A DNA stretch of 64,000 nt from positions 1,440,001-1,504,000 of the forward strand of contig CBDDCX010000008.1 in the NCBI GenBank assembly GCA_965226375.1, written 5' to 3'. A program made the position numbers and the translations under genes. Source of the DNA: Longimicrobiales bacterium (GTDB taxonomy: Bacteria > Gemmatimonadota > Gemmatimonadetes > Longimicrobiales > Gaopeijiaceae). Numbering within the stretch: the first letter of the stretch is position 1; each line of letters starts with the position of its first letter. This document shows positions 1-9,944 of this stretch, one piece after another. The notes beneath the pieces were generated by a model. The model saw only the letters and a list, made by a program, of their open reading frames with translations, did no database searches and was not told where the DNA came from.

Positions 1-70
1 CGTCTTCTTCGATGGAGATCGGGTCCTCGGTGGCGGTCGCATCGTACGTGCGACGAGAGGTGACGACTAA
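1..70 (+). CDS. mnmA: 3' end of tRNA 2-thiouridylase MnmA (partial, runs off window start)
   Basis: Frame from nt 2 reads VFFDGDRVLGGGRIVRATRGDD*, matching the MnmA C-terminal 'VFYDGDxxLGGGxI' motif; stop TAA 68-70. Confidence 0.7.
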   Translation, partial: VFFDGDRVLGGGRIVRATRGDD

Positions 71-146
71 GAGTCACTGCCTTACCTGGATCGTCCACGA
101 CCTCAGCTGGCGGCGATGGTCCGCCAACGTCGGGGCAACGCGTCGC

Positions 147-1268
147 TCAGTGCTTCAGGCCCGACGAGGACGCGAACTCCTCCATCGCCTGTTGCTGCTC
201 TTGGGTAAGCTCCTCGGGAATGTCCACGGACACCTCCACGTACTGATCACCGACCCGCCCAGCCTTTTCCACTCCCTGCCCACGGATGCGGAACTTGGTC
301 CCGGTCTGGGTGCCGGGCGGTATACGAAGGTGGACCTTTTTCCCGTCCACCGTCTTGACCGCCATCTTCGAGCCCAGCGTGGCCTGAGCCAGGTTGATCG
401 GCACCGTAACATGGATGTCCAGCCCCTCCCTGCGGAAGAAACTGTGGGGCTTGACCTTGAACGTGATAATGAGATCCCCGGGCTTTCCGCCTTGATCGCC
501 GCGCTCCCCCTGGCCTGTAGCCCTGATCTTCGCTCCCGGCTCTACACCCTTCGGCACCGTGATCTGGATCCTGCGGTCCTGACGAACCGTCCCGCTGCCA
601 GCACACGACTTGCAGGGACTCTCGGGAATCCGCCCTCGACCGAAGCAGGCAGGGCAAGGTCGGCTCACCGCGAACCCACCCTGCCCGAACGAGATGGTCC
701 CACTCCCTGAACATTCGCTGCAACGCTTGGTGTCCGTCCCGGGACTAGCTCCCGACCCACCGCAGGTGGCACACGCTTCCGTGATGGGAACGTCGATGGA
801 GATTTTCCCGCCCTGGACGGCAGTCTTGAATGAGATCTCCACGACATACTCGACGTTGTGTCCTTTCCTGGGACCTTTGGGTCTGGACTCGTCAGGACCT
901 TTGCCCCCACGATCGAAGATCGAACTGAAGATGTCCCCGAGACCTCCGAACCCCTGGAGATCCTCGAACGAAAAGCTACCGCCCGGCTGGGCGCCTTGGG
1001 CACTACCCCTCGGTGCTTCCCGGCCCCTGCCAAAACCAAAGCTCGAAAGGCGCCGCATGTTGTCGTACTGCTTCCGTTTTTCCGGATCCGACAGCACGCT
1101 GTAGGCCTCACCAACTTCCTTGAAGCGATCGGCGGCCTTGTTATTTCCGGGGTTCGCGTCGGGATGGTACTTCTTGGCGAGCTTACGGTACGTTTTCTTG
1201 ATCTCGTCCTGTTTAGCCTTGTCCGAGATCCCGAGGGTCTTGTAGAAGTCCTTGGTCGCAGTCGACAC
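147..1268 (-). CDS. dnaJ: Chaperone DnaJ
   Basis: J domain with HPD, G/F-rich region, four CxxCxGxG zinc-finger repeats, C-terminal domain. Confidence 0.97.
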   Translation of the reverse strand: MSTATKDFYKTLGISDKAKQDEIKKTYRKLAKKYHPDANPGNNKAADRFKEVGEAYSVLSDPEKRKQYDNMRRLSSFGFGRGREAPRGSAQGAQPGGSFSFEDLQGFGGLGDIFSSIFDRGGKGPDESRPKGPRKGHNVEYVVEISFKTAVQGGKISIDVPITEACATCGGSGASPGTDTKRCSECSGSGTISFGQGGFAVSRPCPACFGRGRIPESPCKSCAGSGTVRQDRRIQITVPKGVEPGAKIRATGQGERGDQGGKPGDLIITFKVKPHSFFRREGLDIHVTVPINLAQATLGSKMAVKTVDGKKVHLRIPPGTQTGTKFRIRGQGVEKAGRVGDQYVEVSVDIPEELTQEQQQAMEEFASSSGLKH

Positions 1269-1288
1269 GATTCTCCGCTGTCCTCCGC

Positions 1289-1927
1289 CTACTCGTGCTT
1301 GAACACGGTCACCCGGGAGGGACGCACCAGGTGGCCTTTGAAGAGATACCCCTTCTGGAACACGTCCTGCACCGTATGATCCTCGTCCGGTGATTCGGTC
1401 GGGACGGTGACCATAGCCTCCATCAGGTTGGGATCGAATTCGTCACCGATGGGCTCGAGCACCTCTACCCCGGCAAGCTCCAGAGCTTGCCGAAATTTTC
1501 GCTCGACCAGATCCACCCCCTCCACCAAAGCCTCTACCGTCGTCGATTCAGGCTGCCACGCCCCAACTCGCTGCAAATCGTCCAGGCCATCGAGGAACGT
1601 ACGGAGCAGATCCGCCTGTCCCCTTGCCCAAGCCTCCGAGAGTTCGGTCTCCGCCCGCCGGCGGTAGTTGGTGAACTCGGCGGCCAGACGCAAATGACGA
1701 TCGTTCAAAGTGGTCAACTCAGTTTGCAGGTGATCCAGATCTCGAACCAGCCCTTCCTCGGCCTCCTGCTCCTCCAAGGCCTCGGGTGAAACCTGGCGCC
1801 CAGACGGTGAACCGCCGGTCGGATCGACATCACGGTCGACCGCCTCGCTCTGATCGGCATCCACGCCGGGCTCGGCTGGGTTCGATTCGGCCCTCTCTTC
1901 GGGGGTCTCGGCTACGTTGTCGCTCAT
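1289..1927 (-). CDS. grpE: Nucleotide exchange factor GrpE
   Basis: LRLAAEFTNYRRR, FDPNLMEA, FQKGYLFKGHLVRPSRVTV motifs; adjacent to dnaJ. Confidence 0.95.
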   Translation of the reverse strand: MSDNVAETPEERAESNPAEPGVDADQSEAVDRDVDPTGGSPSGRQVSPEALEEQEAEEGLVRDLDHLQTELTTLNDRHLRLAAEFTNYRRRAETELSEAWARGQADLLRTFLDGLDDLQRVGAWQPESTTVEALVEGVDLVERKFRQALELAGVEVLEPIGDEFDPNLMEAMVTVPTESPDEDHTVQDVFQKGYLFKGHLVRPSRVTVFKHE

Positions 1928-2032
1928 GCTCGTCTCGATGGTGGGTCCGCAGGACCACGCTTCCTATTACGTGTTGGTGAATTTACTTCTTCTGAGCGGA
2001 TGTGGGAGGCCCTACCACCACACACTGTTCGA

Positions 2033-2887
2033 TCACGAGCCACCCGTCCGAGGGAAGTTGTCGTCGAGCCAGGTGCCGGTCCGTGCAAAGACCTGTCCTC
2101 TCTCGGGCTCGTTGTGCGGCTCGTGAAGCGATCCTTCGAGTCGGCACGTCTCGATGTCCGGCGCCGACACACGCTCCAAGAAGTCCAAGGTCGCCTCGGG
2201 ATCCACCACCTGATCCGCCTGTGGGACCAGGAACAGCACCGGGCCTGATAGACTCTGCGAGTCGGCGAGGGCCAACTTCTGGGCGTCGATGACCGCCCAG
2301 TAGAGACCGGGCGTGACGAATTGGCGGACCAACGGATCGTCCAGGTAGGCCCTTTGCCGCTCTGGATCACGCGTCAGTGTCTCCGGGGCGAGTTCACCGG
2401 AACCCGAATTTCAGGTGCGATCCTCTTCAGTACGTGCCCGAGTACGACCTTCCACCAGGGCGTCTTCAACTTCGTCGCCAACCACGGGGCGGAGATCACC
2501 GCTCCCGCCACAGAGTCAGAGCGCGTCTGCAGGTAACGCACCACGACGAGCCCCCCCCATGGATTGGCCCCACAGAATGACCGGGACATCGCAAGGCTCG
2601 GCATTCACGCTGGTGAGCACGACGTCCAGGTCTGCCAGGAACTCGTCGAAGTGGGCGACAAAGGCCGGCCGACCTCCGGAAAGGCCGTGACCTCTCTGGT
2701 CGAACGCGACCACACGGAACCCGGCCCCGGTCAGGAATTCAGCCACCAAATCGTAACGACCACTGTGCTCTCCGTAGCCGTGGACCAGAACCACGACGCC
2801 GCGTGGCTCCGTCTCCGGCTGCCAGGAGCTCCAGCAAAGGCGAACGCCGTCGTGGGCCGTGAGCGTTCCACCGTCGGACCGATTCAA
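2033..2887 (-). pseudogene. Lysophospholipase-like alpha/beta hydrolase with two compensating frameshifts (pseudogene or sequencing error)
   Basis: HGYGEHSGRY, DQRGHGLS, GQSMGG nucleophile, LTRDP..YLDDPLV and HEPHNEP motifs are split over three ORFs; one extra base in the C8 run 2551-2558 and one missing base near 2397-2400; restored length 284 aa. Confidence 0.85.
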
Positions 2888-4152
2888 CGCTCCCCCGTCA
2901 TCATTCGGAACAGAAGGTGGAGCGCCGCCTGCGCAGCGCGCTCCCGAATGGCTTCCCGATCTCCCGGGAATATCCGGTGAGAGACAACGACCCGATCTTC
3001 AAGCGAGACCCCGTACCAGACCGTCCCTACCGGCTTCTCCTCCGCGCCTCCTCTAGGCCCGGCGACGCCGGTAATTCCGACACCTACATCCGCGCCGAAC
3101 CGCTCTGCTACGCCACGAGCCATACCCTCCGCCACGGCCTCGGATACCGCTCCCTCCGCCTCGACGACGGACTCTGCCACACCCAAGAGGTCGTTCTTGA
3201 TTTCGTGGGCGTATGCGATGATCCCGCCAAGGAAGTAATCAGACGACCCTGCACGATCCGTGATGCGCTTGGCCAGGAGGCCACCCGTACAGCTCTCGGC
3301 AACCGCCAACGACAGACCACGCCGACCGCACTCCTCCGCAACCGCTTCAACCAGGTCACCGCTCTCCGCATCAAACCGGTACGGAGCCAGAATCGGACTC
3401 AACAACCTCTCGGCGTCATCCAGGCGCCCACGGGCCTGGTCCGGAGTGCCCACCGTGGATACGCGTATCGAAACGCCCCCGAGATAGGGGAGAGAGGCGA
3501 GCGTCACCCGACTGGGCAATTCCGCTGCGACGGCGTCCAGCCGCTCGCCCAGAACCGACTCCGAGATCCCGGTGGTGTGAATCGTCCGATGAACCAGTGG
3601 GGCGAGGCGAGCCCCAAAATGCCGGCGAATGCGGCCTTCGATCTCAGCCTCGTACATCTCGTACAACTCTCGAGGGACGCCTGGCGTGAGCACGACGACC
3701 CCACCCTCCCGATCGATCCAGAGGCCGGGAGCGCTCCCACGGGTGTTCGGAATCACCGATGCGCCCCGGGGGACCTGGGCTTGTACAACGTTGCTCGGTG
3801 GAAACTCCTTGAAGCCACGAGCGAGGAAGCGCTCCCGAAGGTCGTCGAGTACGTCTTGATCCAGCTCGAGCTCCAGGCCAAAAAAATCGGCTACGGCCGG
3901 CCTCGTGAGATCGTCGGTCGTTGGGCCAAGTCCTCCGGTAACCAGAACCAGGTCCGCGAGCCCCAGTCCCTCAGAAACGCCCCCCTGTATGGAATCCGGA
4001 TCGTCCCCGACGACCATACGCTTGATGACCGGAACCCCCAGGGAAGCCAGCCGCTTGCTGAGCCATGAACCATTGGTCTCGACGGTCTCACCGGAGAGCA
4101 ACTCCTCACCGACGGTGACGACGACAGCGTGCGTCTCACTGCGCTCGTTCAT
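2884..4152 (-). CDS. cinA: Competence/damage-inducible protein CinA (MoCF-like + PncC domains)
   Basis: VGEELLSGETVETN, TGGLGPTTDDLT, AESCTGG, GITGVAGP motifs; start taken at ATG 4152. Confidence 0.93.
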   Translation of the reverse strand: MNERSETHAVVVTVGEELLSGETVETNGSWLSKRLASLGVPVIKRMVVGDDPDSIQGGVSEGLGLADLVLVTGGLGPTTDDLTRPAVADFFGLELELDQDVLDDLRERFLARGFKEFPPSNVVQAQVPRGASVIPNTRGSAPGLWIDREGGVVVLTPGVPRELYEMYEAEIEGRIRRHFGARLAPLVHRTIHTTGISESVLGERLDAVAAELPSRVTLASLPYLGGVSIRVSTVGTPDQARGRLDDAERLLSPILAPYRFDAESGDLVEAVAEECGRRGLSLAVAESCTGGLLAKRITDRAGSSDYFLGGIIAYAHEIKNDLLGVAESVVEAEGAVSEAVAEGMARGVAERFGADVGVGITGVAGPRGGAEEKPVGTVWYGVSLEDRVVVSHRIFPGDREAIRERAAQAALHLLFRMMTGER

Positions 4153-4157
4153 GGCGG

Positions 4158-4799
4158 TCAGCCCCGAACGCCGATAAGCGCTCGATAGCTCCACAGGTAG
4201 TCGAACATGGAGTACACGGTGAGAACCAGTGCCAACGCGAGCGTGACGCCGATCCAGGCGGAGTGAAGCTGCGTCCAGGCCGCCCACAGCAGGCCCTCCC
4301 ATTCCCAGACGTTTGCGCTCTCCGTGAGCGGATACCAAAGAAGAAGGCCGCCCGAGAACAGATTCTGTATGAAGGCCTTGTACTTGCCCGATTGGCCGGC
4401 AGCGATGACCACGTCGTGGTAGGCAGCCCACTGCCGAAAAGCAGTCACAAGCAATTCGCGGCCGAAGATGACGATCATCACCCACATGGGGAGCATTCCC
4501 CACCACGGGACCAGCCATTCGTCTCCACCTCGGTGGGAGATCAAGTAGAAGGGGATGAAGGTCGATAGGAGGAGCAGTTTGTCGGCCAGGGGATCGAGGA
4601 GCTTGCCGACATCAGTGATCCACCCGTGTTTGCGTGCCAGGTAGCCATCCCAGAGATCGGAAAGCCCTGCCACCACGAAGAGGAAAAAAGCACCGTAGCG
4701 CACACCCACGGACGGAGCGATCGCCATCGCGAAAATCGCGGGGCACGCCAAGATCCGGCCGATGGTTATGAGATTGGGGAGATTGCGGCTCCCGGACAT
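4158..4799 (-). CDS. pgsA: CDP-alcohol phosphatidyltransferase (PgsA-like)
   Basis: NLPNLIT and DLWDGYLARK..G.LLDPLADK signature; hydrophobic. Confidence 0.88.
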   Translation of the reverse strand: MSGSRNLPNLITIGRILACPAIFAMAIAPSVGVRYGAFFLFVVAGLSDLWDGYLARKHGWITDVGKLLDPLADKLLLLSTFIPFYLISHRGGDEWLVPWWGMLPMWVMIVIFGRELLVTAFRQWAAYHDVVIAAGQSGKYKAFIQNLFSGGLLLWYPLTESANVWEWEGLLWAAWTQLHSAWIGVTLALALVLTVYSMFDYLWSYRALIGVRG

Positions 4800-4806
4800 G
4801 GTCGCC

Positions 4807-5385
<579 letters not shown>

Positions 5386-5572
5386 GATCGGCTACACCCG
5401 TTTCGGGTTGTACGAATGGATCAATCCCGCCAAGCGGTCCCCCGTGATCTCGGCCCCCACATACGGAGCAAGTTGGGATTCAATGTCGTCCAGGACGGCG
5501 ACGAAGATGAGACATTCATCCCCCGCGGGAAAGGGACGGGTAAAGGTCGGGCACCCGCACACACTGAGCAAC

Positions 5573-5875
5573 CTACCCCGCAGGCAGAACACCACGCGTT
5601 GCGTCCTCCTCCATTCGGCCGACGATCGCCTGGGCGCGACGGCGCAGCGCAGCCCTGGGTTCCCATGCCACGAAGTCCTTGAGAAGATTGATGTGATCGA
5701 CGGAGGCCTCGGCCTTGGCCATGAAACCGAGCGCTGCCAACCGTCGAAGGAAAGACGGACTGAAAAGGTCCCGGCTATGCCGCTTGATCTGATCGCGAAT
5801 CACGAAGGCTGCCACTGCACCCGCCGCCGCCGCGGCAAGGACCGCAAACCCCGTGTTCTTAAGGCGCTTGTCCAT
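5573..5875 (-). CDS. Hypothetical protein with N-terminal membrane anchor
   Basis: 100-aa ORF 3 nt after recR stop; hydrophobic AVLAAAAAGAVAAFVI segment. Confidence 0.7.
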   Translation of the reverse strand: MDKRLKNTGFAVLAAAAAGAVAAFVIRDQIKRHSRDLFSPSFLRRLAALGFMAKAEASVDHINLLKDFVAWEPRAALRRRAQAIVGRMEEDATRGVLPAG

Positions 5876-5878
5876 TCC

Positions 5879-6472
5879 CTACATCTCCCGTCGACCGGCC
5901 AGGGCTTCGACGATGGTCGAACCGTCAACGTATTCCAGGTCGCTCCCCACCGGAATCCCTCTCGCCAGACGGGTTACGCGTGGCCCCTTGCTTCTGATCA
6001 AACCCTCCAGGTAGACCGCCGTCGCCTCGCCCTCGACACTCGAATTCGTCGCTACGATTACCTCCTCGACCCTACCGCCGGACTCCTGGATTCGATCCAG
6101 CAGGGGGACGATGGACAACTCCTCGGGTCCGATTCCGTCCAGAGGCGACAGCCGCCCTCCGAGCACATGGTAGACCCCTCGGTACTCTCCCGATCTCTCG
6201 ATGGCCCCAACCTCGAAGGCCTCCTCTACCACACAGAGGATCGTCCCGTCACGCCTCGGATCGCTGCAGATCTCACAGCGCTCCGTTTCGCTGAAATTGC
6301 CACACGTCGCACACGGCCGAATCCGCTCGGCCACGTCACGAATCGCCCCGGCCAACCTGACGGCCTCTTCGCGGGGTCGTTTCATGAGATGGTAAACGAG
6401 TCGTTGAGCCGTCTTCGGGCCGACGCCCGGAAGCCGAGAGAATTCCGCTGTCAGCTGCTGGATGACCGACAC
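5879..6472 (-). CDS. recR: Recombination mediator RecR
   Basis: LPGVGPKTAQRL, C4 zinc finger, Toprim domain, GSDLEYVD. Confidence 0.97.
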   Translation of the reverse strand: MSVIQQLTAEFSRLPGVGPKTAQRLVYHLMKRPREEAVRLAGAIRDVAERIRPCATCGNFSETERCEICSDPRRDGTILCVVEEAFEVGAIERSGEYRGVYHVLGGRLSPLDGIGPEELSIVPLLDRIQESGGRVEEVIVATNSSVEGEATAVYLEGLIRSKGPRVTRLARGIPVGSDLEYVDGSTIVEALAGRREM

Positions 6473-6511
6473 TAGGAGGGTGTAGTTCCGTGAGGGCGAA
6501 CGGGCACGCTG

Positions 6512-6835
6512 CTAGAAGAGGCCCGGAAGCTGGATCGGCATGCCACCTGCAGCCTTTCGCATTTCTTCTTCGTACTGGCCCTGAGCCTTGTGTTGTGCTT
6601 CGGCGATAGCCGCCTGCACCAGATCTTCAAGCATCTCGACGTCCTCCGGGTCGACAACGGTAGGATCGATGGCGATTCTCGAAACCGTACCCTTACCGTC
6701 AACCGTGGCGGTCACCATTCCCCCACCGGACGAAGCAGAAATTTCTCGAGCCGAGAGATCTTCCTGCAGCTTGGTCATGCGCTCCTGGAGCTGCTGGCCC
6801 ATCTGCATGAGTTGTTGGAGATTCGTCATCGTCAA
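6512..6835 (-). CDS. ybaB: YbaB/EbfC nucleoid-associated protein
   Basis: SGGGMVT and DVEMLEDLV motifs; dnaX-ybaB-recR order. Confidence 0.93.
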   Translation of the reverse strand: MTMTNLQQLMQMGQQLQERMTKLQEDLSAREISASSGGGMVTATVDGKGTVSRIAIDPTVVDPEDVEMLEDLVQAAIAEAQHKAQGQYEEEMRKAAGGMPIQLPGLF

Positions 6836-6860
6836 GTCCTTGTCTTACAACATGTTGCAA

Positions 6861-8594
6861 TCAGTCCAGTAACTCCAAGTCAAGTTCTTCTACCGCGTGT
6901 TGAAGAAGCGGTTCCCGTTGGATCAGCTCTTTGAGCCGGTCACCCCGCACCGTCTCGGGTGTGATCCGCTCCGGCTTTTCCTGAGACCCTTCGCTCGTGG
7001 CCCGAACAACGATCTCGGGTCGATCACCCATCAGTGTCTCGAGGGCAGTCTGTAGCGTCTTGAGCGCGGTCTGCTCCCTCAGGCGCTCCAGTCCGGGGCC
7101 GGCCGGAAGCCCGACAACCAAGGCGCCGTCATCATCGACCTCCACGACAGCCGCCCGCAGGAACGGTCTCATACCCGGAGGGACCCCTTTTCCTTCATCC
7201 ACGAGGCGGGCCCACGCCTCGGTCGGGCCCAACCCGGCAACAGCAGACTCAGGCCCCTCACCTGTCGTATCCATAGGGGAAGGCACGTCGACACGACCCG
7301 GGGTCACCGACGAATCCGCCTTCTCGGCGGGCTCCTGCGGGTCGAGCTCCCCAGTCGACACCTCACCAGGCGCAGCGGATGACGACTCGTCGGACGGGCG
7401 CCCGAGTCCGCCGCCCGAGGCTCCTGAAGCCGGGTCCATCTGTGGCGAAGTCCCACCGAGGCTATTGAGCAGCTCCTCCAAGCTCACGGTGCGATCGATG
7501 TAACTCAGCCGGAGCAGGAGCATCTCGAGTAGGACCTGAGGATTCGCGCTCCGCCGGAGGCTTCCGGAGCTCTCCAGCTCCGAAGCCAACGAGAGCATGC
7601 GTACGATGTCGGCTGGCTGGAACGGCTGTAGACATGTTTCGAAAGCTTGTCGGACCTCCCCGTCCAGCTCCGGCGGATCGCCACCCAGGGAGAGGCGAAG
7701 GAGAGACCGCAGAGCATCTACCAGGCCATGATAGAACTCTACGAGATCGTACCCCTCGTCGAGGAGTCGCTCCACGAAGGCAAAAACCTCTCCATGCTGC
7801 CGGCTGGCCAGGATGTCCATGAATTCCAGGTAACGTTCGGTCTCCACCAGGCCGAGCACCCGCCTAACGGACTCCTGGGTGACCTCTCCTCCGGTCAGCG
7901 CGATGACCTGATCCAGCAACGAGAGAGCGTCTCGCATTCCCCCGTCCGCCTTGCGAGCGATGGTCCGGAGGGCATCGTCAGGCGCCTTAGACCCTTCCCC
8001 CTCGAGGACGACCGAGAGCCGTGACATGATATCCGCGACGCCGATGCGTCTGAAGTCGAAACGCTGGCAGCGTGACAGGATGGGCGCAGCCGTCTGCTGA
8101 ATCTTCTGTGGCTCAGTAGTCGCGAAGACGAAAATCACTCGTGGGGGCGGTTCTTCGAGGATCTTGAGCAGTGCGTTCCACGCCTCTCGCGTGAGCATGT
8201 GCGCCTCGTCCACGATATAGACCTTATAGCTTCCTTCCTGCGAAGGAGCGTACATGGCCCGTTCACGCAACTGACGCGCGTCGTCTACGCCTCTATTGGA
8301 TGCAGCGTCGATCTCGACAACGTCCAGGGCCGTCTGGCCACCCCAGATCCTGGAGCAGCTGTCACACTTGCCGCAGGGTTCACCCGATTCGTCTCGGCCG
8401 GCACAGTTGAGAGCCATGGCCAGGACACGGGCCAGGGTGGTCTTGCCCACTCCGCGCGGCCCGCAGAAGAGGTACGCGTGCCCCACCCTGGCGTCCGCCA
8501 CTGCGCGACGCAGGGTCTCCGAGACATGCTCTTGGGTCGCCACGTCGGCGAATCGCCGGGGGCGATATTTTCGGGCCAGGGCTATGTGGGACAC
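6861..8594 (-). CDS. dnaX: DNA polymerase III subunit gamma/tau
   Basis: ALARKYRP, GPRGVGKTT, EIDAASN, DEAH, SRC motifs; GTG start at 8594. Confidence 0.96.
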   Translation of the reverse strand: MSHIALARKYRPRRFADVATQEHVSETLRRAVADARVGHAYLFCGPRGVGKTTLARVLAMALNCAGRDESGEPCGKCDSCSRIWGGQTALDVVEIDAASNRGVDDARQLRERAMYAPSQEGSYKVYIVDEAHMLTREAWNALLKILEEPPPRVIFVFATTEPQKIQQTAAPILSRCQRFDFRRIGVADIMSRLSVVLEGEGSKAPDDALRTIARKADGGMRDALSLLDQVIALTGGEVTQESVRRVLGLVETERYLEFMDILASRQHGEVFAFVERLLDEGYDLVEFYHGLVDALRSLLRLSLGGDPPELDGEVRQAFETCLQPFQPADIVRMLSLASELESSGSLRRSANPQVLLEMLLLRLSYIDRTVSLEELLNSLGGTSPQMDPASGASGGGLGRPSDESSSAAPGEVSTGELDPQEPAEKADSSVTPGRVDVPSPMDTTGEGPESAVAGLGPTEAWARLVDEGKGVPPGMRPFLRAAVVEVDDDGALVVGLPAGPGLERLREQTALKTLQTALETLMGDRPEIVVRATSEGSQEKPERITPETVRGDRLKELIQREPLLQHAVEELDLELLD

Positions 8595-8647
8595 GGACGT
8601 ACGCTTCGAGAGCCGGCTGGTGCAGCGGAGAGCCACACTAGAAGAAA

Positions 8648-8746
8648 GTGCCCCAGGCGACCCGCAGCGACGATCACACACTTACCGCTGCTACCGGCAA
8701 GGTCCTGACGGAGTTCGTGGGCTTTCGCCCTACGGACCTGGGGCAC
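8648..8746 (-). ncRNA. ffs: Small SRP RNA (4.5S)
   Basis: Terminal helix GTGCCCCAGG/CCTGGGGCAC; conserved core GAACTCCGTCAGGACC-loop-GGTAGCAGCGGTAAG; typical position upstream of dnaX. Confidence 0.92.
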
Positions 8747-8750
8747 GAGA

Positions 8751-8779
8751 AAGTTAGAGCCCCCCGCGCGGAGCGTCAA
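8751..8779 (-). promoter_or_regulatory. Sigma70-type promoter of ffs
   Basis: TTGACG-17 nt-TAACTT ending just before the SRP RNA 5' end. Confidence 0.7.
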
Positions 8780-8831
8780 CGCCCTGCGGGGCCACAAAGC
8801 AGGAAGTACGCGGGTTTTTCGCGTTTTCGGC

Positions 8832-9191
8832 TCATTCCATCCAGGCGCCCTCGACATGCTCGATTTCCATGGTCCCGGCTCCGTCCGAGTAAACCGAGAC
8901 GGCATCGAATCGATAAGACACGGCCTCGATCCGACTGCGCTCCATCCACAGCCGCGCCGCCACCGAAATGGCTCGGCGCTTCCGCCACGTGATGGCCTTC
9001 AACGGGTGGCCGAACCCCGGGCCACTCCGCCCCTTTACCTCCACGAAGGCCACGAGCCCGTCCTTCAAAATGACGAGATCGATCTCCTTCCGAAGGAAGC
9101 GGACGTTTCGATCCACGACCGTCCAACCCCGGTCACGAAGAAGGGCCTCGGCGAGATCCTCGAAACGTCGTCCGCGGTCCACGGTATTCAT
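8832..9191 (-). CDS. yraN: YraN family (UPF0102) nuclease-like protein
   Basis: GRRFEDLA, EIDLV, FVEVKGR, YRFDAV motifs. Confidence 0.9.
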   Translation of the reverse strand: MNTVDRGRRFEDLAEALLRDRGWTVVDRNVRFLRKEIDLVILKDGLVAFVEVKGRSGPGFGHPLKAITWRKRRAISVAARLWMERSRIEAVSYRFDAVSVYSDGAGTMEIEHVEGAWME

Positions 9192-9944
9192 TGGTCGGAT
9201 TCGGGTCGAGAGGCATTGGGGTGCGGGTGTCAACGATCGCGGATAATACGGGGCTGGAACATGGTTGGAACGGCCGAGCCTTGCCCACGCCCTATTCGCT
9301 GGAAGGGGGCCTACGAGGGCCCTCGCACCGATCGGCCGATCGCGCTCGCGATAACCCGGATCTGCTCCATGAGTTCGCCGAATTGATTCGGATACAGCGA
9401 CTGAGCGCCGTCCGACAACGCTTGGGGAGGATTCGGATGCACCTCGATCATGAGGCCGTCGGCCCCCGCCGCCACTGAAGCCCGAGCCATGGGAATGACC
9501 TTGTCCCGAATCCCGGTCCCATGACTCGGATCAGCAATCATGGGCAGGTGTGAGAGAGACTTCACGACGGGGACAGCGGTGAGATCGAGGAGGTTTCGAG
9601 TGTGATTGTCAAAGCTCCGCACCCCCCGTTCACAGAGAATGACGTCGTCATTTCCCTCGGCCAGCAGGTACTCGGCGGCTAGAAGCAACTCGTTGAGAGT
9701 TGCGGACATGCCCCGCTTCAGAAGGACGGGCTTTTCGCACTGCCCGGCTCGCCTGAGTAGCGGGTAGTTCTGCATGTTCCGCGCTCCGATCTGGATGACG
9801 TCGGCGTACTCAGCCACCAGATCCACCCCATCCGGGTCCAGAGCCTCGGTGACGATGGCCAGTCCTGTGGCTTCCTTGGCCAGAGAGAGCATCTGCAGGC
9901 CCTCCGGAACCTGTCAACGACAATGGGACACTCTACGGGATTAA

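Noticed and set aside
5392..5595. 67-aa ORF as MglB
   Set aside because: Too short, no roadblock pattern, overlaps the upstream gene
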